From Spirochaetales bacterium (GTDB taxonomy: Bacteria; Spirochaetota; Spirochaetia; SZUA-6; RPPD01), in NCBI GenBank assembly GCA_016934415.1, contig JAFGSW010000039.1, positions 4,224 through 68,223 on the forward strand: a DNA stretch of 64,000 nt, given 5' to 3'. Made by a program: the position numbers and the translations under genes. Numbering within the stretch: position 1 is the stretch's first letter; each line of letters opens with the position of its first letter. The notes beneath the pieces are model-generated. The model was not told the DNA's origin, did not search any database, and saw nothing but the letters and a program-made list of their open reading frames with translations. Positions 31,125-41,422 of the stretch are shown here, in pieces.

Positions 31125-31889
31125 ATGCGAAGGGAATTCCCAATGCGGATGCAGATCGTCGCGCAGGGTTCGACGAAACGGGATCGCGAGCGCCGGGAAT
31201 GGGGGCTCTCCGTCCTTATCGACGACGACGTCCTCTTCGACACCTACGCCAATCCGGAAGCGCTGGAATCGTATTTCCGGCTCCATCACATCGACGTCGG
31301 GAAGATACGGCACATCGTCATTTCGCACGACCACTGGGACCACACGGGCGGGTTGTGGCGGATCCTGGAGCGGAATCGCGATTGCGCGGTGTACGTCTGC
31401 CGCAAAACGGGCGGTGAATTAAAGGAACGGATCAGGTCCTGCGGCGCCCGGCTCGTGGAGGTTGGGGAATCCGTCGCGATCCGGGACGGCGTCGTTTCGA
31501 CGGGCGAGATCGACGGGACGTACGCGGGCGCGCCCATCGTCGAGCAATCGCTTCTCCTCAAAAACGGAGGGACGCTTGCGGTGGTCACCGGCTGTTCGCA
31601 TCCCGGCATTCTCGCCATTCTTTCGCGCGCGGGCCGACTCTTCCGGGAGCGGATCGATTTCGTCATGGGCGGTTTTCACCTGGCGGACGCGGACGCCGCC
31701 GAGCTGGACGGAATCGCCGTCATGCTGAAAGAGGTGTACCGCGCGCGGACGCTCGCCCCGTTCCATTGCACGGGCGACGCGGCGATTTCGTTTTTCCGGA
31801 AGCGGCTCCCCGAGGCGACGATCGGCGCGGGGGCGGGGGACGAGTTCCGCTTCAATAACGCTGCGGACTCCTGGGAGCCGGTAAAGTGA
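31125..31889 (+). CDS. MBL-fold metallo-hydrolase (COG1237-like)
   Basis: WGLS, LFDT, ISHDHWDHTGG, TGCSHPG, GGFHL, HCTG. Confidence 0.85.
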   Translation: MRREFPMRMQIVAQGSTKRDRERREWGLSVLIDDDVLFDTYANPEALESYFRLHHIDVGKIRHIVISHDHWDHTGGLWRILERNRDCAVYVCRKTGGELKERIRSCGARLVEVGESVAIRDGVVSTGEIDGTYAGAPIVEQSLLLKNGGTLAVVTGCSHPGILAILSRAGRLFRERIDFVMGGFHLADADAAELDGIAVMLKEVYRARTLAPFHCTGDAAISFFRKRLPEATIGAGAGDEFRFNNAADSWEPVK

Positions 31890-31899
31890 TGGATCGCCC

Positions 31900-32577
31900 G
31901 TGAGCAATTTCACGGCCAAGAGCGGCCCCTTTGACGAACACGCGATACGGTACGACGAGTGGTTCGATCGACACCCATGCGTTTATGACGCCGAGTTGCG
32001 GGCGGTCAGGAAAGCGCTGCCCGCGAGGGGCCGGGGGGTGGAGATCGGCGTGGGGAGCGGCCGGTTCGCGCTTCCGCTCGGCATCTCCGCCGGGGTGGAA
32101 CCTTCGGAGAAAATGAGGGCGCTCGCCCGCGCGCGCGGGATCGACGCGCTGAGCGGCGTCGCGGAGCGGCTCCCCTTCGCGGACGCGATGTTCGATTTCG
32201 TCCTGTTCGTCACCACCATCTGCTTTCTCGACGACGTCGGCGCCGCTTTCCGGGAGGCGCATCGCGTGTTGAAGAAGGGGGGCGCGGTCGTCGTCGGTTT
32301 CGTGGAGAAGCACGGCAGACTCGGCCGGGAATACGAGGAAAAGAAGGCGCAAAGCATTTTTTACCGGGAGGCGGAATTCCGCTCCGCGGAGGAGCTCGTT
32401 TCACTTCTGAAAAAAGCCGGATTCAAGCGTTGTGTTTTTTACCAGACCCTCTTCGGGACGCCGGAACGCGTGACGGCGGACGAACCGGTCCGGCGCGGCC
32501 GCGGCGAGGGTTCTTTTCTGGTCGTCAAGGCGCGGAAAGGAGGGGGTACTTGTGGGAAAATACGAGGAACTCGCTGA
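31900..32577 (+). CDS. Class I SAM-dependent methyltransferase
   Basis: EIGVGSGRFA, AERLPF, TTICF. Confidence 0.88.
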   Translation: MSNFTAKSGPFDEHAIRYDEWFDRHPCVYDAELRAVRKALPARGRGVEIGVGSGRFALPLGISAGVEPSEKMRALARARGIDALSGVAERLPFADAMFDFVLFVTTICFLDDVGAAFREAHRVLKKGGAVVVGFVEKHGRLGREYEEKKAQSIFYREAEFRSAEELVSLLKKAGFKRCVFYQTLFGTPERVTADEPVRRGRGEGSFLVVKARKGGGTCGKIRGTR

Positions 32578-32866
32578 AGCGCGGGCCCTGTTCGGGATTG
32601 AGGAAGAGGAGACGATGGCGGTCGTCAAGCGGAAAATCAACGCGCTTCTTAAAAAATGGCACCCGGACACGGGAAGCGGGAAGGAAGGCGATGGCGCACG
32701 CAACGCGAAAACCGCGGCGCTTGTGGGAGCGAAGAAAATCATCATGAAGTACTGCGAGGGGTATAGGATTTCCTTCGGCCGGGAGGACGTGGAAAGGTAT
32801 CTGTCGCCGGAAGAGCGCTGGAAGAGGAATTTCGGCGGCGATCACGTCTGGGGCGGAAACGGATGA
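32552..32866 (+). CDS. Small J-domain (DnaJ-like) protein
   Basis: KKWHPD motif; W...FG.D.VWG C-terminus. Confidence 0.72.
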   Translation: MGKYEELAEARALFGIEEEETMAVVKRKINALLKKWHPDTGSGKEGDGARNAKTAALVGAKKIIMKYCEGYRISFGREDVERYLSPEERWKRNFGGDHVWGGNG

Positions 32867-32897
32867 ACGGGACGAAGAGAGGGGGGAAGGAACAGGA

Positions 32898-34814
32898 ATG
32901 AGGATTCGAATCGCCGTTTCAAGCGGCAAAGGGGGGACGGGCAAGACTTTCATCGCCACCAACCTCGCCCGCGTGCTTGAAAAGGCGGGCGAAAAAGCGG
33001 CCTATCTCGATTGCGACGTGGAAGCGCCGAACGGCCACCTCTTTGTAAAGCCCGTGATCGGGCGCGAGGAGGAAGCGACCCTCCTCGCGCCCGCGGGAAT
33101 CGACGAGGAGCGCTGCACCGCCTGCGGGAAGTGCGCGGAGGTGTGCCGGTACCACGCCATCGCCCGGGTCGGGACGTCGATGTTGTTTTTCAGAAATCTG
33201 TGCCATGTCTGCGGCGCCTGTACGCTCGTCTGCCCGCATAAGGCGATCATCGAGCGGCCGAGAAAAATCGGAACGCTCAGGGAAGGCGCGCGCGGCGGCA
33301 TCGAGTTCCGCGACGGGCTGCTCGAAACAGGCGAGGGCGGCATGACGCCCCGGCTCATCCGCCGCGTGAAGGAGTGGGCGGGCGGGGGAGTCGTCATCCT
33401 CGATTCCCCGCCCGGCACCTCGTGCCCGGTGGTGGAGACGGTCAAGGACGCCGATCTGTGCGTGCTGGTGACCGACCCCACGCCGTTCGGCCTCAACGAC
33501 CTGAAGCTGGCCGTCGCCATGTGCCGGGAGCTCGACAAGGAGCCCGTCGTCGTCGTGAACCGGGCCGGCTACGCGGACGCGAAGTTGAAGGAATATTGCT
33601 CCGGCGAGGGCCTCGCGATCGTCGCGGAAATCCCCGATGATCGCGCCGTCGCCGAATGTTATTCCGTGGGGGATCTGGCGGTCGACCGGTTTCCGGAATA
33701 CGACGAACTGTTTCGCGCGCTCGCCCTGGAGCTTTGTGAACGCGCTTTGAAAACGGGAACCGCGCGCAAGACGAAACGGCCGGCGGCTCGTCCGTCTGGT
33801 GTCCGATCGACCGCCGCGCGGACGGCCGGCGCGGATCGAACCGAAGAGCGATCCCCCGCGGAATCAGGGACCGCCGCCGGCGCTCCCGCAGGCGCGGGAA
33901 GGAACGGCCGGGCCGTGGAGGTGACGGTGATTTCCGGAAAGGGCGGCACGGGAAAGACCTCGCTGGTCGCCTGTTTCGCCGCCCTGGGGAAGGAGATCGC
34001 CGTCGCCGATTGCGACGTGGACGCCGCCGACCTTCACCTCGTCCTCAAGCCGCGGATCGCGGAGCGCGGAGTCTTTTCCGGAGGGGTAAAGGCGTCGATC
34101 GATCTGGAAAAATGCCTGGGGTGCGGGGCGTGCGCCCGCGTCTGCCGTTTCGGGGCCGTCAGCCGCGTTCCTTCGGGCGGAAGCGTCGTTTTCGGGATCG
34201 ACGAACGCGGCTGCGAAGGCTGCGGCGCCTGTTCCCTCGTCTGCCCGGCGGACGCGGTGGCCTTTCATCCCGCGGCGAACGGCGAATGGTACGTCTCGGA
34301 AACGGAATACGGTCCGATGACCCATGCCCGCCTGTACGCCGCGGAGGAGAACTCCGGCAAGCTCGTCTCGCTCGTGCGCGAACGCCGGAACACGCTGGCC
34401 GCGGAACGCGGCTTGGAGTGGTCGCTTTCGGACGGGTCGCCCGGCACCGGCTGTCCGGTCATCGCCTCCCTCACCGGGACCGACTACGCGATCGTCGTAA
34501 CCGAGCCGACCGTCTCGGGCGTTCACGACGTGCGGCGGGTTCTCGACCTGATCCGCTTTTTCAAGCTGCGCTCGGGCGTGGCGGTAAACAAGCACGACCT
34601 CAACCCAGCGAAAACGGCCGAGATACGCGCGTTGGCGGCGGAGTACGGCGCCGATTTTCTGGGAACCGTTCCCTACGATACGGCGGTGACCGAGGCTCAG
34701 ATCCGGGGAAAATCAATCGTGGAACACGATCCTGCTTCGCCTTCCGCCCTGGCGATCGCGGAAGTGTGGCGCCGGGTGAAGGACGAATTGGAGGTAAAAA
34801 ACGATGATGACTGA
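32898..34814 (+). CDS. Fusion of two MinD-superfamily P-loop ATPases, each with a 2x[4Fe-4S] ferredoxin insert (COG1149 x2)
   Basis: Two SGKGGTGKT Walker A motifs, two DCDV motifs, four CxxCxxCxxxC motifs, Ala/Arg/Pro linker. Confidence 0.88.
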   Translation: MRIRIAVSSGKGGTGKTFIATNLARVLEKAGEKAAYLDCDVEAPNGHLFVKPVIGREEEATLLAPAGIDEERCTACGKCAEVCRYHAIARVGTSMLFFRNLCHVCGACTLVCPHKAIIERPRKIGTLREGARGGIEFRDGLLETGEGGMTPRLIRRVKEWAGGGVVILDSPPGTSCPVVETVKDADLCVLVTDPTPFGLNDLKLAVAMCRELDKEPVVVVNRAGYADAKLKEYCSGEGLAIVAEIPDDRAVAECYSVGDLAVDRFPEYDELFRALALELCERALKTGTARKTKRPAARPSGVRSTAARTAGADRTEERSPAESGTAAGAPAGAGRNGRAVEVTVISGKGGTGKTSLVACFAALGKEIAVADCDVDAADLHLVLKPRIAERGVFSGGVKASIDLEKCLGCGACARVCRFGAVSRVPSGGSVVFGIDERGCEGCGACSLVCPADAVAFHPAANGEWYVSETEYGPMTHARLYAAEENSGKLVSLVRERRNTLAAERGLEWSLSDGSPGTGCPVIASLTGTDYAIVVTEPTVSGVHDVRRVLDLIRFFKLRSGVAVNKHDLNPAKTAEIRALAAEYGADFLGTVPYDTAVTEAQIRGKSIVEHDPASPSALAIAEVWRRVKDELEVKNDDD

Positions 34815-35763
34815 ATACCGCCATATTTTCGGCCCGGTGCCTTCCCGCAGGCTCGGGTATTCATTGGGCGTCGATCTCGTCCCCTTCAAGACGTGCTCCT
34901 ACGACTGCGTCTATTGCCAATTGGGGCGGACCACGGAGAAGACCGCCGCCAGGCGGGAATACGTCCCGACGGCCGAGGCGATCAGGGAACTGGAACAAAA
35001 ACTGCGGGAGCCGGGGAAGGTTGATTTCGTGACTTTTTCCGGTTCGGGGGAGCCGACGCTTCACTCGGGCTTGGGGGAGTTAATCCGCGCGGCCAAGCGC
35101 CTGACCGACGTTCCGGTGGCCGTTCTCACCAACGGTTCGCTTTTATGCGATGCAGACGTACGGGAAGCGCTCGCCCCGGCGGACCTGATCATTCCGTCGC
35201 TCGACGCGGGAAGCGAAGAGCTGTTTCGTTATATCAATCGCCCTTGCGCCGGGCTTGACTTTCACCGCGTCATTGAAGGCACCGTCGAGTTTTGCAGAAG
35301 ACATCGGAAGAAGGTATGGCTGGAGGTCATGCTCCTGGCCGGCGTCAATGTCACGACCAAGGAAATTCGCGCGCTGAATTCCATAATAAAAAAAGCGAAT
35401 CCGGCCAAAGTGCAACTCAACACGGTGACCCGACCGCCAGCCGAACCGTTCGCGGAGAGAGTGCCGCCGGAGGGCATGCGCGAACTGGCGGACCGATTCG
35501 ACGGGAACGTCCAAATCATATCGGATTTCGACCGCCCGCCGCGCCTCGGGGAAGCGCTGGCCATGGAAAACGAAGTGCTTGCGTTGGTAAGGCGCCGTCC
35601 CTGCTCGGTCAATGACGTCGCGGGAGGCCTCAACCTGCGCCCGAACGAGGCGGACAAGCACCTGGAGACACTCGAAAAGAACGGCTTCATCGTTTCCCTG
35701 CGCAGGGACGGAGTCGTCTACTACGCGGCGCGGCAGGCCCCTGCGCCTCAGAAGCAAGGCTGA
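34804..35763 (+). CDS. Radical SAM protein (COG0731-like)
   Basis: FGPVPSRRLG.SLG, CSYDCVYC, GSGEPTL. Confidence 0.9.
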   Translation: MMTEYRHIFGPVPSRRLGYSLGVDLVPFKTCSYDCVYCQLGRTTEKTAARREYVPTAEAIRELEQKLREPGKVDFVTFSGSGEPTLHSGLGELIRAAKRLTDVPVAVLTNGSLLCDADVREALAPADLIIPSLDAGSEELFRYINRPCAGLDFHRVIEGTVEFCRRHRKKVWLEVMLLAGVNVTTKEIRALNSIIKKANPAKVQLNTVTRPPAEPFAERVPPEGMRELADRFDGNVQIISDFDRPPRLGEALAMENEVLALVRRRPCSVNDVAGGLNLRPNEADKHLETLEKNGFIVSLRRDGVVYYAARQAPAPQKQG

Positions 35764-35782
35764 CATCGTGTTTTTATCCACC

Positions 35783-36202
35783 ATGCGGAAACTGGAGCGG
35801 GAATACCATCCCCGCTGCTTGTTTTACGGAAAAATGAACGGCGTCCGCGTTTCATTCGATGAGAACGGCGGGATGACGGCGATCGTCGGCTGCGATGTGA
35901 GATGCGGCGGGTATGAAGGAAGAATGCACGGCGGCGTGATCTCGGCCCTGTTTGATTGGGCGATGACGCATTGCCTGTTCGGCCGCGGCATCAAGGCGTA
36001 TACCGCCCGCTTGAACGTGAAATATTCACGGCCGGTGGCGACGGGAACGGAAGCGACGATCAGCGTGATGGTGGAGGGGAAACACAATGAGCGCGTGTGG
36101 CGCGTCCGGTCCTCCCTCGCTCAGAAGCGGAAGGTGTGCGCCTCGGCCACCGCGCTTTTTTGGGAGGAATCGAACGGCAACGGAACGGGCGGTTCGGCGT
36201 GA
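35783..36202 (+). CDS. PaaI/hotdog-fold thioesterase
   Basis: GY.G.MHGGVISALFD. Confidence 0.8.
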   Translation: MRKLEREYHPRCLFYGKMNGVRVSFDENGGMTAIVGCDVRCGGYEGRMHGGVISALFDWAMTHCLFGRGIKAYTARLNVKYSRPVATGTEATISVMVEGKHNERVWRVRSSLAQKRKVCASATALFWEESNGNGTGGSA

Positions 36203-37077
36203 AGACGTACCGTGAATGCGTTCCCTGTTTCGTCTTGCAGGCGCGCGAGGCGTGCCGTCTTTTGGGATTGAACGATGAGAAGACGAGGGAGATCGACGAG
36301 GCCGCACGGATGCTCTTGGGCGGCATCGACCGATCAACCCCGCCGCCCATGACGAGCCGGCGGCTCTGCGCGCTGGTGGCGGGAAAAAGCGGCAGGCGCG
36401 ATCCCTACCGGGAGCTGAAACGGGAAAGCAACGAAGCGGCGCTGGCCGCGTATCCCCGTGTGAAGGAGATGGTGGCCGGAGCGGCGCATCCCCTGCGCGC
36501 GGCCGTGATCGCCGCCGGCGCGGGCAACATCATCGACTTCGGCGCCCTCAGGCGGCTGAACCTCGCGGACGGAATCGACGCGGTATTCCGGCGGGTGGAG
36601 GCGGCGAGCGAGGCGCGCGACGGCATATCGTTCGAGTTCGACTCGTTCGAGAAAGCGATCGGGAGCGCCCGGCGCCTGCTCTACCTGCTCGATAACGCGG
36701 GCGAGGCCGTGTTCGACCGGGTATTAATAGAAGAGTTGAAAACGTCATATCCCGGGCTGGAGATGACCTTCGCCGTCAGGGGCGCGCCGGTCATCAACGA
36801 TTGCCTTGAAGAGGACGCGGTCGCCTGCGGTCTCGGCGCGCTGGGAACGATCGTCTCCAATGGCTCGGACGCGCCGGGGACGGTGCTGCCCCTGTGCTCG
36901 GCCGATTTCCGCGGGGTGTGGGAGAAAAGCGATCTGGTGATCGGCAAGGGCCAGGGGAATTACGAAAGTCTCTCCGGGGTGCCGAAAAACGTCTTTTTTT
37001 TATTGATCGTCAAGTGCCGGGTGGTGGCGCGCCATATCGGCGCGCGCGTCCGGGACATTGTATTGAAGAGAGAGTGA
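36199..37077 (+). CDS. DUF89/ARMT1-like damage-control phosphatase
   Basis: ECVPC, DPY, GNIIDFG, DNAGEAVFD, PVIND, KGQGNYESL. Confidence 0.88.
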   Translation: MKTYRECVPCFVLQAREACRLLGLNDEKTREIDEAARMLLGGIDRSTPPPMTSRRLCALVAGKSGRRDPYRELKRESNEAALAAYPRVKEMVAGAAHPLRAAVIAAGAGNIIDFGALRRLNLADGIDAVFRRVEAASEARDGISFEFDSFEKAIGSARRLLYLLDNAGEAVFDRVLIEELKTSYPGLEMTFAVRGAPVINDCLEEDAVACGLGALGTIVSNGSDAPGTVLPLCSADFRGVWEKSDLVIGKGQGNYESLSGVPKNVFFLLIVKCRVVARHIGARVRDIVLKRE

Positions 37078-37323
37078 TCGTTCGTCGTTCGCTCGGCCCA
37101 TCGGGCAGCGATTGAGGAATACGCGCCGGTGATCCCTTTTCGCCCGGGGCGCGATTGCGACACCACGTACTGCGTTCCAGGTGAGGCCGAAAAACGGCAG
37201 GTAGTATAAAACGATCCGGGAAAGCCGGGGCTTCCGCCTCACCGGCTGCCGGGAAGAAAATAGATTTGCGAAGAGCAGCCGTCTGAGCGCGGTCATGAAA
37301 GCGACGAAGAAGGAGTTTTTTTT

Positions 37324-39018
37324 ATGGCGAAGAAAATCATCATCATCGGCGGGTCGGCCGCCGGACCCAAGGCTGCGGCCCGGGCGAGGCGGCTGGACCA
37401 GAGGGCCGATATCACTCTTATCCAGCGGGGACCGGACCTGTCCATGGCCTCGTGCGGGTACCCGTATTACGTGGGGGGCGTGTTTGACGACCGCCGCATG
37501 CTTCTCTCCACGCCCACGGGCGTGGTCCGCGATCCCAAATTTTTCATGAACGCCAAGGGGATCACGGCGCTGACCGGAACCGAGGCGGCGGCGATCGACC
37601 GGAAGCGGCGCGTCGTGTCGTGCACTAATCTTGCGGACGGGAGCGCGAACGAGCTGTCGTACGACAAACTCATCCTCGCCACCGGTGCGACGCCGAAAAT
37701 GCCGCCCGTGCCCGGGCGGGACCTGGAAGGCATCACGACCCTGCAGTCCATGAATGACGCCGATTACCTCAGGAAGATCCGCGACGAACGCGTCATCAAG
37801 AAAGCCGTTATCATCGGCGGCGGGCTCATCGGGATCGAGACCTGCGAGGCGCTCGAGTTGGCCGGAATCGAGATCACGGTCATTGAGGCGCTGCCCCAGC
37901 TTTTAACCTTCCTGGATCCGCAGCTCGCCAAGATCGTGGAGAACCACATACGCGGCAGGAGGGCCAACGTCATCACCGGCAATGCGCTGGCTGAATTCCT
38001 GGGCCGGGACGGAAAACTTACGGGCGTGAAGCTGGTCAACGGCACGGAGCTCCCCTGCGAGCTGGCGGTGGTGGCGGTGGGCGTCAAACCCGACGCCGCC
38101 CTGGCGGCGGCGGCCGGCCTCACTGTCGGCGAGACCGGCGGGATCGCCGTGGACGAGTTCCTCAAGACCTCAGATCCCGATATCTACGCCGCGGGCGACT
38201 GCATCGAGACCGTCAACCGCATCACCGGCAAGAAGGCGCACGCCCCCTACGGCGACCTGGCCAATCTCCAGGGGCGGGTCGCAGGCGAGAACGCGGCCTG
38301 CGGGGACAGCGTTCGTTTCCCGGGCACCATCCAGACCGGCATCTGCAAGGTCTTCGATTTCAGCGCCGGCATCACGGGGCTTTCCGAGACCGCGGCGCGC
38401 GCGGCCGGTTTCACCGACATTGAAACCGTCGTCATCGCGGGACCGGACAAACCCGGCTTCATGAACGGCAAGCTCCTCATCACCAAGATGACGGTCAACC
38501 GCGCGGACGGCCGGCTCCTCGGCCTGCAGTGCGTGGGGGCCGGGGACGTGGGAAGACAGATCGCCTCCGGCGCCCTGGCCGTCATGGGCAAGCTCGCCGT
38601 GACCGACCTGGTGAACGCCGATCTTCCGTACGCGCCGCCTTTCTCGCTCGCCATCGACAACTTCATCGCCGCCGCCCATGCCATGGAGAACAAGCTCAAG
38701 GGCCGCATGAAGGGCATCGGCGCCGCCGAGGTGAAATCGCTCGCGGAAAAAATGAACGGCGTCTTCCTGTTGGACGTGCGCGGGCCGGACGAGTACGAGG
38801 CCGTGCGCCTCGGCATCGGCGAGGTGCTCATCCCCCTGGGCGCGCTCAGGAAGCGCGTCGGCGAGCTGCCCGCGGACAAGGGCGCGACCATAATCTGCTT
38901 CTGCACAATCTCGCTGCGCGGGTGGGAGGCGGCGGCCTTTCTGGCAAGCCAGGGCTACACCGATGTGCGCGTCATGGAAGGCGGGATTGCGGCCTGGCCG
39001 TATCCGAGGGAAAAGTGA
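37324..39018 (+). CDS. CoA-disulfide reductase/NADH oxidase family flavoprotein with C-terminal rhodanese domain
   Basis: IIGGSAAG, SCGYPYY, ATG, GGGLIG.E, YAAGDC, YAPPFS, LDVR...CFC..SLRG...MEGG..AW. Confidence 0.9.
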   Translation: MAKKIIIIGGSAAGPKAAARARRLDQRADITLIQRGPDLSMASCGYPYYVGGVFDDRRMLLSTPTGVVRDPKFFMNAKGITALTGTEAAAIDRKRRVVSCTNLADGSANELSYDKLILATGATPKMPPVPGRDLEGITTLQSMNDADYLRKIRDERVIKKAVIIGGGLIGIETCEALELAGIEITVIEALPQLLTFLDPQLAKIVENHIRGRRANVITGNALAEFLGRDGKLTGVKLVNGTELPCELAVVAVGVKPDAALAAAAGLTVGETGGIAVDEFLKTSDPDIYAAGDCIETVNRITGKKAHAPYGDLANLQGRVAGENAACGDSVRFPGTIQTGICKVFDFSAGITGLSETAARAAGFTDIETVVIAGPDKPGFMNGKLLITKMTVNRADGRLLGLQCVGAGDVGRQIASGALAVMGKLAVTDLVNADLPYAPPFSLAIDNFIAAAHAMENKLKGRMKGIGAAEVKSLAEKMNGVFLLDVRGPDEYEAVRLGIGEVLIPLGALRKRVGELPADKGATIICFCTISLRGWEAAAFLASQGYTDVRVMEGGIAAWPYPREK

Positions 39019-39133
39019 CGCCGGCCGCCGCACCGGGAACGGCGATAGAATGAACGACTCATGAAAAATGCACGCGCGTTTTGGGACGGGTTCTCGAAAA
39101 AAACCGACGAGGAGAAAACCGAGTGGGAACCCG

Positions 39134-41422
39134 TCACGCTCCCAGCCCCGCCAAACTTCCGATCTGGAAAACGAGGAAGGCGATGAGCCACGAGGCGGCC
39201 GTCATGTAGAGGACGGTGAAGCCGAGCCACTTCCAGCCCAACTCCGCGCGGATGGCCGCCATCGCCGCCGCGCACGGGGCGAGGATGAGGATGAAGAGCA
39301 TGAGGGCGTAGGCGGAAAGGGGACTGAAGACCGGATCGTCGACGAGCGCCTGCCTGAGCGTCTCGTCCTCCCCGGAGGCGTCCCGGCCGGTCCCGTAGAG
39401 TATGCCGAGCGTGGATACGACCAGCTCCTTGGCCGCGAAGCCGGTGAGCGACGCCACGCCGATCTTCCAGTTGAAGCCGAGCGGCTTGAACGCCGGTTCG
39501 ATGAACCGGCCGAACCGGCCCGCCAGGCTGTTCTCCAGCGCCTCGCTTCGCTTCAAGCCCTCGATGTAGCCTTCTTTCGCGGCTGCGACGCGGGCGTTCA
39601 CGGCGTCCTCCAGCGTGGCGGCGCCGGAGGCGATGTCCGTTCTCATTCTGACGAGCAGGCTCCTCGTCCCGGCGTTCGGAACGGAGGATTCGTCCAGGCT
39701 TCCGGCCAGGAGCGCCGCCGTCCGGTCGCGGATCCTCATCCTGTCCAGGCCGGCGGCGAACGCGTCCGCCTTGGCCGCCAGGGCCGCCTCGTCATAGACG
39801 GGCCGCGGGAAGGTGGTGACCGCCCAGACGAGCGCCGAGGCCGCCAGGATGATGGTGCCGGCCTTCTTCACGTAGGCCCAGGTTTTGTCCCAGACGTGCC
39901 ACAGTACTCCCCGCAGGGTGGGCAGGCGGTAGGGCGGAAGCTCCATGACGAACGGCGCCGCCTTTCCGCGCAGCACGGTTTTTTTTAAGACCGCCGCGGA
40001 CACGAGGGCGAGAAAAACGCCGATCGCGTAAACGGAAAGGACCATCGCACCGGCGTATCGGCTGAAGAAAGCGCCCGCCAGGAGCACGTACACCGGAAGC
40101 TTGGCGCCGCAGCTCATGAAGGGCGTCACCAGTATCGTGGCGATCCGGTCCTTGGGGTTTTTAAGCGTTCGCGCGGCCAGGATGGCGGGGACGGAGCAGC
40201 CGAACCCGATCATGAGCGGCATGAAGGACTGTCCGTGCAGGCCGAACAAATGCAGAAACTTGTCCATGACGAACGCGGCTCGGGACATGTAGCCGGTGTC
40301 CTCCAGAAACGAGATGAGCAAAAACAGAATGATAATGAGGGGCACGAAGGAGAGGACGCCGCCCACGCCGTGGATGAGCCCGTCCACGACGAACGACCTC
40401 ACGAGGCCGGCCGGCAGAGCCGCGGTCGCGAGCTCGGTCAGCCGGCCGAAGAAGGCCTCGAGCCAGGAGAGGGGATACTCGCCGAGGGCGAAGGTGAGTT
40501 GGAACATCCCCCAGAGCACGAAGAGGAAGATCGGCAGGCCCAGAAAGCGGTTGATGAGCACCTTGTCGATCGCCTCCGTCAGGTTGCGGCGGGCGACTTT
40601 CTTGCGCTTCACCGCCTCGCTCACCGCGCCGTGGATGTAGCCGTAGCGCTGTTCGGAGACGGCGATCTCCGCGTCCAGGCCGAAGTGCTTTTCGATCCAG
40701 GCGATGCTTTTCGCCGCCAGCGCCTCCGCCTCGGCCGCGACCGCGCTCCGGCCGACGATTTTCCGGGCCTCGCCGTCCTTTTCTATAAGCTTCACGGCCA
40801 GCCAATGGATGGGATAGCGCGCGGCGAGCGACTCATCCCGCGAAAGGACGGCGACGAGCTTCCGCGCCTCGCGCTCGATCTCCTCGCCGTAGCCGGGGGT
40901 GAGGTCGGCATCTATCGGGCGTTCCGCTTCCGTGATCACCAGATCGAGCAGTTCCGCCACGCCCTTACCCGAGGAGCCGATTGTCTTCACGAAGGGAATG
41001 CGCAGCACCTCGGACAGGCGCTTTTCATCGATGAGCACCCCGGCCGCCTTCGACTCGTCGCTCATGTTGAGCGCGCCGACCACCGGAATCCCCAGCTCCT
41101 GGAACTGCAGGCAGAGGAAGAGGTTGCGCTCGAGGTTGGTGGAATCGACGACGTCGAGCACGACGTCGGGTTTTTCATTGATGAGGAAATCGCGGGCCAC
41201 GATCTCGTCGAGCGAGTAAGCGGTGAGGCTGTAGGTGCCGGGCAGGTCGATGAAGCGCAGGTCGTATCCCCGATGTCCGCGCCTGCCTTCCTTTTTTTCC
41301 ACGGTCACTCCCGGGTAGTTGCCGGTTTTCTGGTGCGCTCCGGTGAGGACGTTGAAAAGCGTTGTTTTTCCCGAATTCGGGTTGCCGGCGATGGCCACCG
41401 TCAGGGTTTTATTCGATTCCAT
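39134..41422 (-). CDS. feoB: Ferrous iron transporter B
   Basis: GNPNSGKTT, NYPGVTVE, DLPGTYSL, GFGCSVPA, PFMSCGAKLP, FVMELPPY. Confidence 0.95.
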   Translation of the reverse strand: MESNKTLTVAIAGNPNSGKTTLFNVLTGAHQKTGNYPGVTVEKKEGRRGHRGYDLRFIDLPGTYSLTAYSLDEIVARDFLINEKPDVVLDVVDSTNLERNLFLCLQFQELGIPVVGALNMSDESKAAGVLIDEKRLSEVLRIPFVKTIGSSGKGVAELLDLVITEAERPIDADLTPGYGEEIEREARKLVAVLSRDESLAARYPIHWLAVKLIEKDGEARKIVGRSAVAAEAEALAAKSIAWIEKHFGLDAEIAVSEQRYGYIHGAVSEAVKRKKVARRNLTEAIDKVLINRFLGLPIFLFVLWGMFQLTFALGEYPLSWLEAFFGRLTELATAALPAGLVRSFVVDGLIHGVGGVLSFVPLIIILFLLISFLEDTGYMSRAAFVMDKFLHLFGLHGQSFMPLMIGFGCSVPAILAARTLKNPKDRIATILVTPFMSCGAKLPVYVLLAGAFFSRYAGAMVLSVYAIGVFLALVSAAVLKKTVLRGKAAPFVMELPPYRLPTLRGVLWHVWDKTWAYVKKAGTIILAASALVWAVTTFPRPVYDEAALAAKADAFAAGLDRMRIRDRTAALLAGSLDESSVPNAGTRSLLVRMRTDIASGAATLEDAVNARVAAAKEGYIEGLKRSEALENSLAGRFGRFIEPAFKPLGFNWKIGVASLTGFAAKELVVSTLGILYGTGRDASGEDETLRQALVDDPVFSPLSAYALMLFILILAPCAAAMAAIRAELGWKWLGFTVLYMTAASWLIAFLVFQIGSLAGLGA

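Noticed and set aside
15367..39018. Selenoproteins (UGA read-through) among the redox genes
   Set aside because: The Prx, Trx, AhpD, NifU and rhodanese active sites all use ordinary Cys codons; no truncated homologue was noticed.
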